Shown here: piece by piece, positions 37,757-49,532 of the stretch
Numbering within the stretch: the first letter of the stretch is position 1
Layout: every line of letters starts with the position of its first letter
Source of the DNA: Psammoneis japonica
Taxonomy: Eukaryota
Length of the DNA: 64,000 nt
NCBI GenBank assembly: GCA_008632985.1
Contig: QPGO01000225.1
Coordinates: 1-64,000, forward strand
Reading direction: 5' to 3'
Made by a program: the position numbers and the translations under genes
The notes under the pieces: model-generated
Told to the model about the DNA's origin: nothing
The model's input: the letters and a program-made list of their open reading frames with translations, nothing else
Database searches by the model: none

Positions 37757-40700
37757 TCAAAAGGCAAGTGATGAATCTACATTTAGAGACTGCTTTGATG
37801 AACACTGTTCATCGTGTGGTGCTCTTCCTCGAGCAGCCACCCCCAACAAGTTTGTTTTTGAAAGATGGAATTCCCTCGCTCGGCAACAGCAGCATTTTTG
37901 GTTCAGATCCGACTGCAGATTCGGCAGCATCTGCAACAGCGGCAAAACTGTTGGCACACCATTCCAAAAGGGATCAACTTGAATCGGAACACAATGTGGA
38001 ACAGAACATGGAACGGGGCATGGCACAATTGGCACTGGTGGCAGCTGTCTTGGTGGAACAACCTCTTGCAAATTCGAAGGTTTCACTTTTTTTGCGCGCG
38101 GCTCCTCAGACGGCGGCGGTTGTTGAGACTTGGATTTTCTTTTGCATGGATTCTCCACACTTGCCATTGGGTTAGAACGGGTTGAACATGGGTTTCTTGT
38201 GCCACACTTGTTGCACATGCATCTGTCAGATTTTTTTCCGGATGCTGCTGCTGCTGCGCCGGTTGCAGCACTTCTTGTTTCGAGCTGCTCTCTCACGCGT
38301 TCCAATTGCTCCGGGCAAGCTGAAAAACACCGCTCACCATCATCTTCTTTTAGTTCTTCGACATTCCCATGCACAGGATGGGGTGCTTCTGCTTTCTCTG
38401 CCAGCTTGTTGATGTGGTCAAGCTTGCTGTGGTTGAGAAAAGTGGGAACGCCTCGAAAGGCGTGCGGAATCTTGGCGCGCTCGTCAGCCGTCAGTTCGTC
38501 TGTTCGGACACGCTCTCGCATTGACATGTTGCATTCACACGTTCCTGCAAGGCACAGTGCATCTATCAGAGAGGATCTTGAACCAGTGTTTCCAAAATGC
38601 TTGACGACATGGTGACACTTTTCAAGCTTTGATTCCGTGCCAGTGGTTGTTACAAACGTGTCGAGCTTACACTTGGACCATTTTGAAGGCTTGACAACTC
38701 TGTGTGAGTCTTCACGTGGCAGCGGCTCATCAAGTCCACGAGCCGACAATTTTGCGTTTTCAACCGCTGGCTTTGTATCTTCCGTAAAAAGCGGCTTCCC
38801 AGAGTCTGGGTCACACCATCCGCCAGCTTCTGCCGCGCCGGGAGACGCAGAGCACTTGTGCCGATCGAACCAAGATTCCAGATGCTTGTTCCGTGTTTCG
38901 AGTGGGTAAGTCCACCTTCGAATGTACTTCTTGTAGTTGTTCCACTTCTCACTGTTCTTGATTTCCTCAATTTCTTCCGTCGTGTTCTTCTTCCCGCCAA
39001 GTTTCCCAAAGACAAGAGCATCAACTACCTTCGCCTCGTCGGATTCATCGTTGTGCCGGACGCAATCCTTTAAATCACGAACCGCACGACAGCAATCAAT
39101 GTGAGCACCTCGTAAAGTCCGAATGATGCGGTTTGTCCAGTGCCAAAGACCAAGCCTGCATGCAATGTCCTGACCAAAAATTTGCTTCCAAAACTCTTCC
39201 TTGTTGGGCCAAGCATCAGAGCAATGCACTTGAGGTTTGACATTTGGACGCCTCGCAAACTGTTCAGCTGCATGCGCATGGTCTTTTGTTTCCAATGTTG
39301 CACTGCTACAGCTGCACCAATCTCTCCAGTCTCTGTGGCCATGGTGAAGAGTCCCTTGCCGTTGTTGTCTTTGCAATTCTTCAATTGGTCAAAAGTGTGG
39401 TCAGACGCAACACTGATGCGACAACCAACGGATTGCATTTCCCTCGTGTGCCGAATGTTGTCGCTTGTTCCGGTCTCGGTAAGGTTTGATTGCCGGACAA
39501 AATCATGCACATCTCTCACATTTTGTCCAGTGGGTCCACAGCGACCGACCCAATCCTCGAACACCGACAAACCCGTCGCATTCCCTCCGCCAGCATCTTT
39601 TAACAAAGAATGGTAATTTTCCTCTTTATCAACAAAAGTCTCGCCTCTTTGTTGATGAAGAAAAGCAGACATGTCATCACCATTGCCACACTTCTTCATG
39701 GCATGGTCCACACATCGTGACGTTTCGAGCGACAGGTGAAAAGACGGATTCGCGGCTGCGCATCGTAGATCCATGGGATGGCTTGTTTGCAGAGGCCTCG
39801 GCAGCTTCTTAATTAGCTTGGGATCGTTCGCCTTGCATTTACAGCCACATTTATTGCACTCATAGAGCATTGAGCTTGTCCAATCAGCAGCGCCACTAAC
39901 TTTCAATGCTGGAGTCGGTGAACACTCCTTCTTGACATCAAACTGCTGATGCATCATCTTGCCATCATCACATCCATCGACACATGGCAAAAACATGCCA
40001 ATGAAGTTCAATTCCCAGCGGAGCAAATGGATTGTAACGCCTTCAATCTCGCTGCAGAGGTTGTCGGGAGTTTTGGTCATGTCATCACGTGGCACTGTAA
40101 ATGACATGGCACCGGAAGGAAAATTCTTCTGACGCCATTTAAGTTTCTTGGCATTCACCTCTCCGCCCATGATCTCATTCGAGTCCGCATGAAACCGAGA
40201 TGGACACAAGTCCAGAAGGTGCAAAATCAAAGCCTGAATGGGTGCAGGACAAGGAATCTTCTTTTTTTTACACGCTTCAATTCGTTTCCGAATCTCTCTC
40301 TTGAGCACCTCTCTAGAGAGAGGATCTTCTTCAACAATGTTGCCAGAATGCTCCATGCTGTTCGACGTGACGGTGCTGATGGTAGCAGCAGTGGCGTTGG
40401 CAGCAGCGTTGGCAGCAGCAGTCGGCAACGAGATGGTCGTTGCAGATGGCTTGTTGTTTTTTGAAGCCCTGGTGCCATTGTGGAACAGTGCCTCCACACC
40501 TTCCTCAGTTGGGGCCTGATAACCCGGTAGCTTTTTTGCGTTCTTTCTTGCGTTGCTAGCAATGAAGCGATGGATGGCCGCGTTTCGCTCGGCGCTCATG
40601 TTCTTTCCATGGTGGATGGATTTTGGGCAGCTCGTGTCATGACCCTTTTTGTAGGAGGGCCCTTGTTTGCACCTTTTGCACTCAACAACCTTTTCTTGAG

Positions 40701-41094
40701 TAGTGTGACTGTTTGGTAGAGTCAGAATTTGCGATTCTGCCTCCGCCGCCGGTGATGTTGTAAACCGAGGCGCATTTTTCCCCGACAACTTAGCGACTCC
40801 AGAAAAAGCTCGCTCCTTTGCTTTTTTCGTGGCTGCCTTTCGAGTCTGAGACTGAATGCCCATGGTGCTGGGAAGCTCATGGGAGAAATACTTCTCCATT
40901 CTGCTGCAATTCCTTCTCTCAGAACTCTCTTGTACAGGTCGGTGCTGATGATGAGTGAGATGAAAAAAGACGGGAGGAGTTTGAATTTTGTGTGTGGTGT
41001 CTTTGTCAGAGCGCCAGTGCTCAGACTGTGGCGCATCCGTCTGAGATGGATGAACCGAGGTGGCTGTGTCTGTGTTGCATTGATCGTTAAGCAA
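37757..41094 (-). pseudogene. Putative DDE transposase, copy 2, frameshifted
   Basis: Same protein split into ORFs 39070..41094 and 37757..39376 by a 1-nt deletion at ~39300 (AATGTTGCAC versus AATGTTGGCAC in copy 1). Confidence 0.75.
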
Positions 41095-41449
41095 CGATGA
41101 TGTGTATTCTTTCAGAAAGCCCTAAGTATTGCAACGTGTATTCTTAGAATGAAGCGTTCTGATTGGTCCAATCTTCCATCGGTAGGGGGCTTTCGTCGGT
41201 CGGTCTGCAGAGTCGTGTGACTGTTGTCTGTTCTCTGACTGCATAAAAAGCGCGCCAAAATCTAAGTTTTTCCGCGCCTGCTCGCCCTCGTTCGATTTAT
41301 TTGGCTCACATTGGCCTTGTGTAAATACAGTAAATAGAAGTAATTTACCGCTTACCGCAATACTACAGTTGAAACAGAAGCGACAGAATATCTGTTGCGA
41401 AGATCCTTGACTTTAGTGTATAATCCCTCTAGAGAGATCCTTCTCTGCG

Positions 41450-41500
41450 ACTACAGTAGCTACTACTACTACTACTAGAGGCTAGCTACTACTCAAGTAG
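41450..41500. repeat. (TAC)n microsatellite and TA-rich low-complexity tract
   Basis: CTACAGTAGCTACTACTACTACTACTAGAGGCTAGCTACTACT. Confidence 0.85.
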
Positions 41501-41607
41501 AGAGGAGCAGTCCGGAGTGTGGTACTGTAGCTCTGAGGGGTAGCTCTGTTTGTCTGTAGGCTCATTCAGAGACATACCGTACGTCTGAACAACAAACTAC
41601 AAACAGC

Positions 41608-43477
41608 ATGAATCTTGAGATGCCATGGGGGAGCGCAAGTTGGTGGCAACATGAAGCACTCACCGTCAACGGCAAAGTCGCTGACCTGCCGCTTGATGCA
41701 GCAGGTGATGGTCGCGTGCTTGCCACAGTTAAAACTTATGATGGACGTAAAGCAAAATGGGGAGCCGAACAAGTGCTCGCACGTGTCGATGGCGACCGCG
41801 TCGACATTAAACTATCACCAGGTGGGCGTGTATCCATTTTTCCACAGGTTATTTCGAAGAAACAAGCACAAGAAGTTACCGAGGAACTTCTGGAAAAACC
41901 ACTCGGAGTCAACATTTTCCGTTCATACCCTATCCAAGGATTCAATCAAGAACCGCGACTCCACTGCCAGTTTCATGAAAACGCGACGCTCGACTTTGAT
42001 CAGAAACAACCTGGGTATCGATACAACAAGCGTACAACAGCAAAGGCTCGTCCACTTTCCATGGCACGAAAGTTAGAGGGACTGTCGAAACACATTGGTG
42101 AGAGGGTGGGAGTGCAAAAGTGGAATATTGGTGTCACTGCGGTTTTGTACAGGGGCGGACATGATAAAATGGGGCAGCATGCAGGTGAGAAAGCGGGAAA
42201 ATTCCAAAATGTGATGTGTGTATGAATACTTCGTTGTTGATGTACACGCGAGACCTTACGAACATTTTCATCGAAATTTACAGACGACGATCAAGGGGAG
42301 ACGAAAATTGTGGCGCTTGTGGTGGATGCTCCTACTGATGAGCCTCGTAAAGTCCTAATCAAGCCCAAAGTTGCCAACAAGTCGCTCCAAAGTGGGGATC
42401 AGAAAATCGAACTCATCCTGCAACCTGGTGATGCCTATATGATGGACGGTGCGTATTGAGTATTGATCTACCCTTAGTGAGCTCTTTGCTTCCTTGACAT
42501 TATAACTCACCAGAATTTCTTGTCGAACTTGAAACGTGCCAGGCGAAATGCAATTCTGGTGGACTCACGGAGTGGCTCGTATTCCAGAGAAGAAAAAGGA
42601 AGGTGTTGCGGCTGCCAATCGCAGACTTGCCATCATCTTTAGGGATGGCAACCACGTAGAATTCGACAAGGATTCAGGTTCTCCAAGTACAAGTTTGGAG
42701 CCAGTAAAGCCCTGCTCAGGTCCAACATTCGGCTCTGTCGATGGCATATGTGAAGGGCATGTGTACCCTAGAGTAGAGCTAGTGCAGAAACGCGGGCATT
42801 ATTCTCAACAAGGCGGCATTAGTGGCAACTCTAAACAGGGTTGTGACGCAATCATTGTTAGTGGGAAAAGGAAAGGAGATGACCAATTCTCCAAAATCAT
42901 GTATGCCGCAGAAACAAGAGTCGGAGCCAACGGATTGGTCCTTAGCTATCAGAAGCAATTACCTATTCGAGTTTTCCGTTCCAAGAAGTACCAAAGCTCC
43001 TTTCGAGCTGTCAGTGACTCTCCAAAGAAAAAGACACAAGAGATTTACCGGTATGACGGTCTTTATTTTATTGAGTCTTTCGTACCGAGCAAGAAGAAGG
43101 GTGGGTTGTTTCAGTTTCAACTCTGTCGTTGTGCTACAACTGCGGAGCCCGGAAAATCGACGTGGCGCAATGCTATTGACAGTTCTGCCTTCTACGAAAA
43201 ATGTCTTGCCTTGAGAACCATTCCGAACCATAAAATCAAAGACTACTACAAAATGTATGAAGCTGACATTATTGTGGAAGCTCAACGCGAGATGACGGAA
43301 GAGACGCTTGGTGTAATGCAACTTCTGAGTCTGAGGCAGTCGCATCCATCTCAACTACACGACTATTCTGACGACATTGTGCATGGTGATGTGGTCAGTA
43401 GTCTTGCTTCTTATCGTGACTTTGGCTGTGCCGAGATCCTGATGGACCTCAGTGAGATGGACATGGCGGCCGTTTAA
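41608..43477 (+). CDS. AlkB-like 2OG-Fe(II) dioxygenase fused to an SRA/YDG (SAD) domain; three exons
   Basis: Exons 41608-42184, 42284-42448 and 42543-43477 with GT-AG introns. Splicing restores LYRGGHDKMGQHA-DDDQGE (HxD), LQPGDAYMMD-GEMQFWWTHGV (distal His) and RRLAIIFR. SRA motifs follow: FGSVDGICEG, GH..QQGGISG...GCDAIIVSG, LPIRVFRS, YRYDGLY. Confidence 0.88.
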
Positions 43478-44105
43478 AGGAACAGTGGGCTAACCTTGTA
43501 TTAAAGAGAAATTGTTGTGTGAAATGGGGTAGCTTTTGAAGCTGTGGTGTTTCATAACAATACTGTCGCCGCTGAATGCGGGCGGGAGCAAGAGCATCAC
43601 TTTCTCGGAACATAACACCCTCCCATATGAACATTAGCACACAACACCACGCAATAGGAATCGATTCTTTATCGTTCCCGATCAAATCTCCCTTCAACCT
43701 TGTTGATGCAATCGCCGTTGCAGTATAGTACGAAACGGTTTTCTTCTAGTCAAGACCAATCTTGATGAGGAAGTTACTCAACTTGCGAGGTTGACGCATG
43801 AGGTTGTCCTGAGACATCTCTAGATAGAATATGCGAACTCTCTGGGAAGAAATTACCAGCAGAAAAAAAACTGCGAGCATAGCTACCCCGATTTCCAAGT
43901 TTCCCGCCACGACCAATCAAGGCTCCAACCAGGATATGATGAACAATGGTCCCTCCCTTATGCCAAGAATGGATACTACTGTGATTTATGTGATAAAGAG
44001 CGCTTCTACTTTATCAACTACAAGCTCCATTTTCGCCGGCGTTGAAGTCATCTTCAAGCCTTGCCAGTCCGACGCGGATCCCAACAGTTTTGACACGGCT
44101 GTACA

Positions 44106-44316
44106 AACAAGTGGCTTGCGGTGTTACCAATCATCCAAGCGAATATTTTGCTAGAGCAAAGTGACACAGCATCCGGTCCTTGTATTGTTGCCAAGGCGGT
44201 CCTCTACTTGACACCCTCAACAAGTGGCTTGCGTTGTTACCAATCATCCAAGCGAATATTTGCTCGAGCAAAATGACACAGCATCAGGTCCTTGTATTGT
44301 TGCCAAGGCGGTCCTC
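44106..44316. repeat. ~100-bp tandem direct repeat
   Basis: AACAAGTGGCTTGCG.TGTTACCAATCATCCAAGCGAATATTT...GGTCCTTGTATTGTTGCCAAGGCGGTCCTC occurs twice. Confidence 0.9.
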
Positions 44317-44757
44317 GAGTTCCCGCGTCCGACTCCTCGCATTGGAGAACTACGACGCCAACTCGCACCAACTACGACATCCCGACGACTGTGGCGACCG
44401 TCAACCGTGACGTCACGACATCTTTCAGTATGGAGCCTCCAACTCTACCGCCATAGTGATCCAGAGAGTGGTTCAGACAGTATTCCCGCCCTCATCGATG
44501 GTCCGCTGGATCTCTTGTCATCAACTAAAGATGGGCATACCCACAAGCCTGTGAAGAAACGAAAGTCGCGAAGGAAGGTCACACTAGTCAACCCTCAAAA
44601 GTTAAACATGCTGGCCAGTGACGAGACCTTGAGAGCGACCAACCGACGACACACAGAGGAGCGTCGCAAAAAGGAAAGGAGAGCAAGACAGCACAGTCAG
44701 CGGAAAGTGCTTACAACGGAAAGTTACAGTCCATCGGCAGCGCCCTCTGCTGTGATA

Positions 44758-45023
44758 ATATGCAGAGCCAGAAGGTGCTCTCGTTCCGTCCATACAGTTG
44801 CAACCTTATAAAGTAGACATGAACTTCTTCGTGTCGGGGTGTTCAAAAACAGCAAGTGTAGACTGCTATAGCTCGCGTCACTTGCGGATATGCAGAGCCA
44901 GAAGGTGCTCTCGTTCCGCCCATACAGTTACGAACTGATGAAGTGGACACGAACTTCTTCGCGTCGGGGTGTTCAAAAACAGCAAGTGTAGAAGTGTAGA
45001 CTGATAGCGCGCGCCACTTGCGG
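44758..45023. repeat. ~130-bp tandem direct repeat
   Basis: ATATGCAGAGCCAGAAGGTGCTCTCGTTCCG...GTCGGGGTGTTCAAAAACAGCAAGTGTAGA...CACTTGCGG occurs twice. Confidence 0.9.
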
Positions 45024-46500
45024 TGTCTTGCCGGCATTTGCAGTCATGTTGGCCTGTAGTAGGGACACATAATGATTGGGTAGTGCGTTTTGTAGCAACG
45101 TACAAATGGTAGGATTGCTTAGCCAGTGTTCTTCAACGAGTTGCAATGGATCCGTGGCCATGGATAGCGATTTCTGCATTTGTTCAAGGCTATTCTCCAG
45201 GTCGAGTGACGCGGATGGCGCCGTTGGCATGACCGATACCACGTTTGCGTCTCGCTCCGATCCCAGCATGTGTGTTGAAGGGACCGTCAAGGTGACGACA
45301 TCGGCAGTCTGTGCAGACCAATTTTCTGGAAGGATGTTGGCTTCCACAAAGACGTGCTTCGAGGGGTGCTGACGGCCCGACAAAGGTGGCTGATACACTC
45401 GTTGATTCTTCAAAATCCTCCACTGCGGTGGCGGTTGTGGTGTCATCCGATACGGGAGGTCGTTGCTGAATGAATGCTAAAGCTGCTGATTCAGGACTTG
45501 TGACGCATCACCCACCCGACGTGATGGCTTGCACAACCAGAGAATGCCGCACTTGAGCGGAATATTGAGAGACGACAATAAACGATGGCTGGCATCAGTG
45601 TTGCTGTTGCTTGAATAATGTAGACACCGAGTATGGATGGTCCTTGGCGCTGCTGTGAAAAGACTCCTTGCGAATGACCAGGTTTTAATCGGTCGAGCGG
45701 TCTCCATTCTTGCTGCATGCTTACAGGAATCAGTGAATATCCATAATGCGCTCGGATTCTTTGGAATAACCACGCGTATTGCAAGATTTAACTTCCGTCC
45801 AGCGAGCTCGTATATGTTTCACCTCTACAAGGATGCATTGGAGCCGGCAATTCCCACATGTACTGTCATTCGTGGAGATGCCACCGACGTGTCCGCGTCC
45901 CATCCCAGAGCAATATCAATATGCCCTTGATTAAAGCAGCACTGCCTGATTGGAAAATCTTCCGGCACCATAACTATTGCTCCCTTCTCGTTTCAAGTAC
46001 TGGAATTTGCCAAGACGCATACATTCACCACGGAGGAGGCATCGGGAGATAAGGACCCTCCCCACGAATTGCGTTTCCCAGAGTAGAGATAGGCTGTTAA
46101 TTGGTAAGAAACTTCACAACGCGAATCACCTCGTTGGCAACGCATCGTTCCAGGCAATTCTCCGGGAAGCTCCCATTCAAAAGGATACTCGTACTGCCCT
46201 GTTTCGATGGTTCCTGTTTCGTACTGATTAAGAGGCACGTCCAGATGCACCAGCGACGTGGTGGAGCGTTCAATTTCTGTATAGCTCTCGTGAGTCCGAT
46301 TTCGCCGATGCTCTGTATCATGCGCCACCGCTCATACCTCTTCTCCCTTTAAAAGTGAATGAACGACCTGTGCCCGTCGTCCTTCTTGACCCGTTACAGA
46401 CAGATAGACATATCCCTTCAACACACCGCAGCGATTCATAGCTAGGTAGCCTGTTCCAACTTGACTCCGATCTTGACGGGTTTGCTTCCCAGTTTGATGC
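44973..46500 (-). pseudogene. Arrestin-domain (alpha-arrestin-like) pseudogene
   Basis: LKGYVYLSV..LKGEEV, GQYEYPFEWELPGELPGT..CEVSYQLTAYL, then PIRQCCFNQGHIDI and a downstream PTAP motif. In-frame TGA stops at ~46332 and ~45993, with further disruptions downstream. Confidence 0.7.
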
Positions 46501-49500
46501 TTCTTGGACGTTTCAGAATGACTTAGGGGCTCTCGGATGGTTTTATTAACAGATTTTCCCACTGACTTTGCTGCTATTCCGCTCATAAGATAAGTTCTAG
46601 GGCCCTAATCTTGTTTGTTCTATTGCGTTGTTGTGTGGTAAATGATTCCGTGATGAGAAGGTCGCATGTAGAAAAGTAGGGCCTTGAGGAGACGAATGTA
46701 CGAGCAGGTCATCGGATGGAGCTTGAGGAGCTACTCCACTCTAGGGCCCTAACTCTACTGTACCGCATGTATCCACACTCCACTCTAGCTGGAATAGCTC
46801 CTCTATTCTCTTTCTACGTTATAGTAGACCTACCGGTAGTAGCTAGAGAGATTTGACAGAGACGATGAGTTGTGGTGGGAACTAACAAGTGGCTGAACCA
46901 AGCAGACGAATGGATGGGCCAACCTGTCAGCAGACGCAGCAACTCAAAGGCCCATGATCTGTTTCCATGTACTGGAAGAGGGTAGCAGGGTAGCATCCGG
47001 GAAATTCTTTCGCTAATTGAGTTACACCGGAAGTAAAAGCCACACGTTTTGAGCAAACGTCAGGCACCAAAAGACAAGAACCAAAAGACAAGCACCAACA
47101 CAGCGTTTTCGTGGGGCGAACACCGTTCATTGTTCTACCACGCGTCTTAGTGGTAGAATGACATTCGCATTGTGCTTGAGGATAAGCCTTGAGCAATAAA
47201 GCTTGTAGCCCTAAGGTTACAACCACAACGGAGGAGACCGGTCTCCGGTGCGGGTTCTTGTATCCTTGTGAGCTCGCTTGGCGGTTTGTTTGGGTGTGAA
47301 ATAAATACACAGAAAATTTTTTTTGTTCCACGTGGCATGTCTCTCGTCCTCATGTGATTTTAAAAATCGAGAATTTGCTTCCAAGAAAATTGACAATGAG
47401 CAGGTTCAACGTTCTACCGGTCCAAAGCAGCAGCTCACAGTACAAGAGAGTTGGTGACATCCGTTTCCAGATTCGAGAAGTGACATTGTTGCACCCCATG
47501 CTTTGGTCGGCTGTGAATGACAGAGCACAGAGTCCAGCACAAGGCTTCACGTGTTGCCGATGATTCCCGATTCGACGCACAAACTCGTTGTTTTTGGAGA
47601 ATCGCAGGAACAAACGCTTTTCCCGAAAATTTCCCAATCCCCAACAAGACTGCAGCTTGCAAGCGAGTTCGTGCTCATCGTACTCTCTCCATCCGTGTCC
47701 GTGAACGATACAGCGTGTCTGTCGGTCACTACGACCCTTCTTCAAGCTCACAACATCAAGAAACCGGACCGACGGGGGACGCATGTAATTGCATCATTTG
47801 TTATATCATTGAAGGTTGAGTGTAATTTGGCGGCCAATATGATTGGACAAGCCATGGCGGCTGTTCCGAGTCAATCACGGAAAGCGACTCCGTGGGGTGG
47901 TGCAAATGACGGGAGAACACGGTATTATGAATACTAGGACGTAAAAAGTGCTTCTTAATGGCGTACTTCCATTCAGGAGGAGCTTTGGTCAAAAGAAAGG
48001 ATGGATTAGACTATGATATACCCCAAACAATATCAGTTTCGGTAACTACGTTGCTCAATTTTCACGACATTCATACTATTGACACAGAGCACATGCAGAA
48101 GAGCGAGATGACAGCTTCGTATTCTTTGCCGATTCTGATTGGGCGGCTCATTGGACGCCCGGAAAGACGGAGAGTAAGAGGGGCGGTCGCAAACCAACCA
48201 ACTCCCACTTCTGTCGACACGGCAAAACGGCTCGCTACCACTGTAGACGTCAACAGATTTGCAGGGGGGGGGCTTCACAACACGAAGTCAAAGCACTGTG
48301 GTGGTGTTGGGGGCGACGAACAGGATGGCAACGATGGAGAGAATACACAGAGCATCTCGAAGCTAAAGATTCTGTACCAAATGAGTGCAACGGAGAAGGA
48401 CATTGTGAGCGACGAGGTATATTTGGTAAGACACTATTGCACAGAAGATCGCATCTTAAACAAAGGGCAAACTTACATTGATACACCCAAAATTTCATCA
48501 TGCTTGCACGCGAGATAGTGTATGAAGTTGCTACGTGCATTGACGGGCGTAAAGTGTCAGAGAGAAATAATGTCGTTGCCGAGGAAACACGTAATGGCCA
48601 ACATGCCACGATGGGTTCAGACGTTTCAGCGACTCACAGGAGGAATAAATGAGAAGGAGGCAGCCTCAACAGAAGGAGTCGGTCATAAAGCCTGTTCACG
48701 CTCGAATCGTGTTTGCTCTGAAGCGTACCGCTCCATCATTTTCCAGCGCGGAGGCAAGAAAGAAAGCTCTACGGCATTTAGACAAGAGCTGAAAGGAAAG
48801 GTGAAGGCTGTGAAGATTTGTCTCAGGGTATACCGTACTGTACTGTACGAACCTAAAGCAAACAAAAAGCGCACCGGGACGTCGTTTTTCTGATGTCAAA
48901 CGATGATCTGGGTGCATGACTGACGACTACGCCACTCGCTTCCTTCGTGTTTCTTGCAATATGATCATGGTGTTATCAGAGTCTTTCGTCAAGCTCGTGG
49001 GGCAACACAGGAGCCTGATTCTTGGACTTCTGCGAGCGACAGTCATCCACGTTATAAGATGGTTCGCAAAAAGATTGGGATGGAAGATTGTGCACACTCT
49101 ATTGCCAACTGGGAAGCTTACTGCAAGAAGAAAGTTCCCGCCTCGTTGGTGACTCGAGTATGTGACATGCATTGATCAGCGGCGGCCCGATTATCTGGAT
49201 ATTCTTCACGCGCCAAACCACACAACTCTGATTTCTCAGCTATCTACTAAAATGTCAGTGACAATATCTCAAAGGAGAACCATCGCTCTGCTACTGCGGG
49301 TATAGCTGGATGTATCATGCCAGGCGCCCAGCGGCGTTCGTCACATGAAGAATTTCAAATGTCTGACGGCAACGAACAGGCCACCAGTGGTGCTAAAGAA
49401 ACATTTTTGGAACTCTTTCAAGTAATCCCTACTAATTTGCAATGTATAGCCTGCCATATTCGCTAATATTTAAAATGGCCGACCAACAACCGGCCTAGAA

Positions 49501-49532
49501 TTGGCACTAGAACATCTGCATAGCTCTATCGA

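Larger units (their letters stand above)
33722..41198. repeat. Head-to-tail tandem duplication of a ~3.74-kb transposase-bearing unit (copy 1 33722-37460, copy 2 37461-41198)
   Basis: Near-identical sequence with period 3739 bp. Both copies start GTCTGCGAAAACAGGGGGG and end GGGGGCTTTCGTCG. Confidence 0.97.

Noticed and set aside
44106..45023. CRISPR-like array
   Set aside because: Only two copies each of 100-130 bp units, no spacer architecture, no cas genes, eukaryotic context.
45993..46334. TGA read-through in the arrestin-like gene
   Set aside because: Further stops and disruptions downstream fit a pseudogene better.
48071..48253. ELM2-like motif RPIRIGKEYEAVIS on the minus strand
   Set aside because: Short isolated match, and I could not build a supporting gene model across 47.0-49.4 kb.
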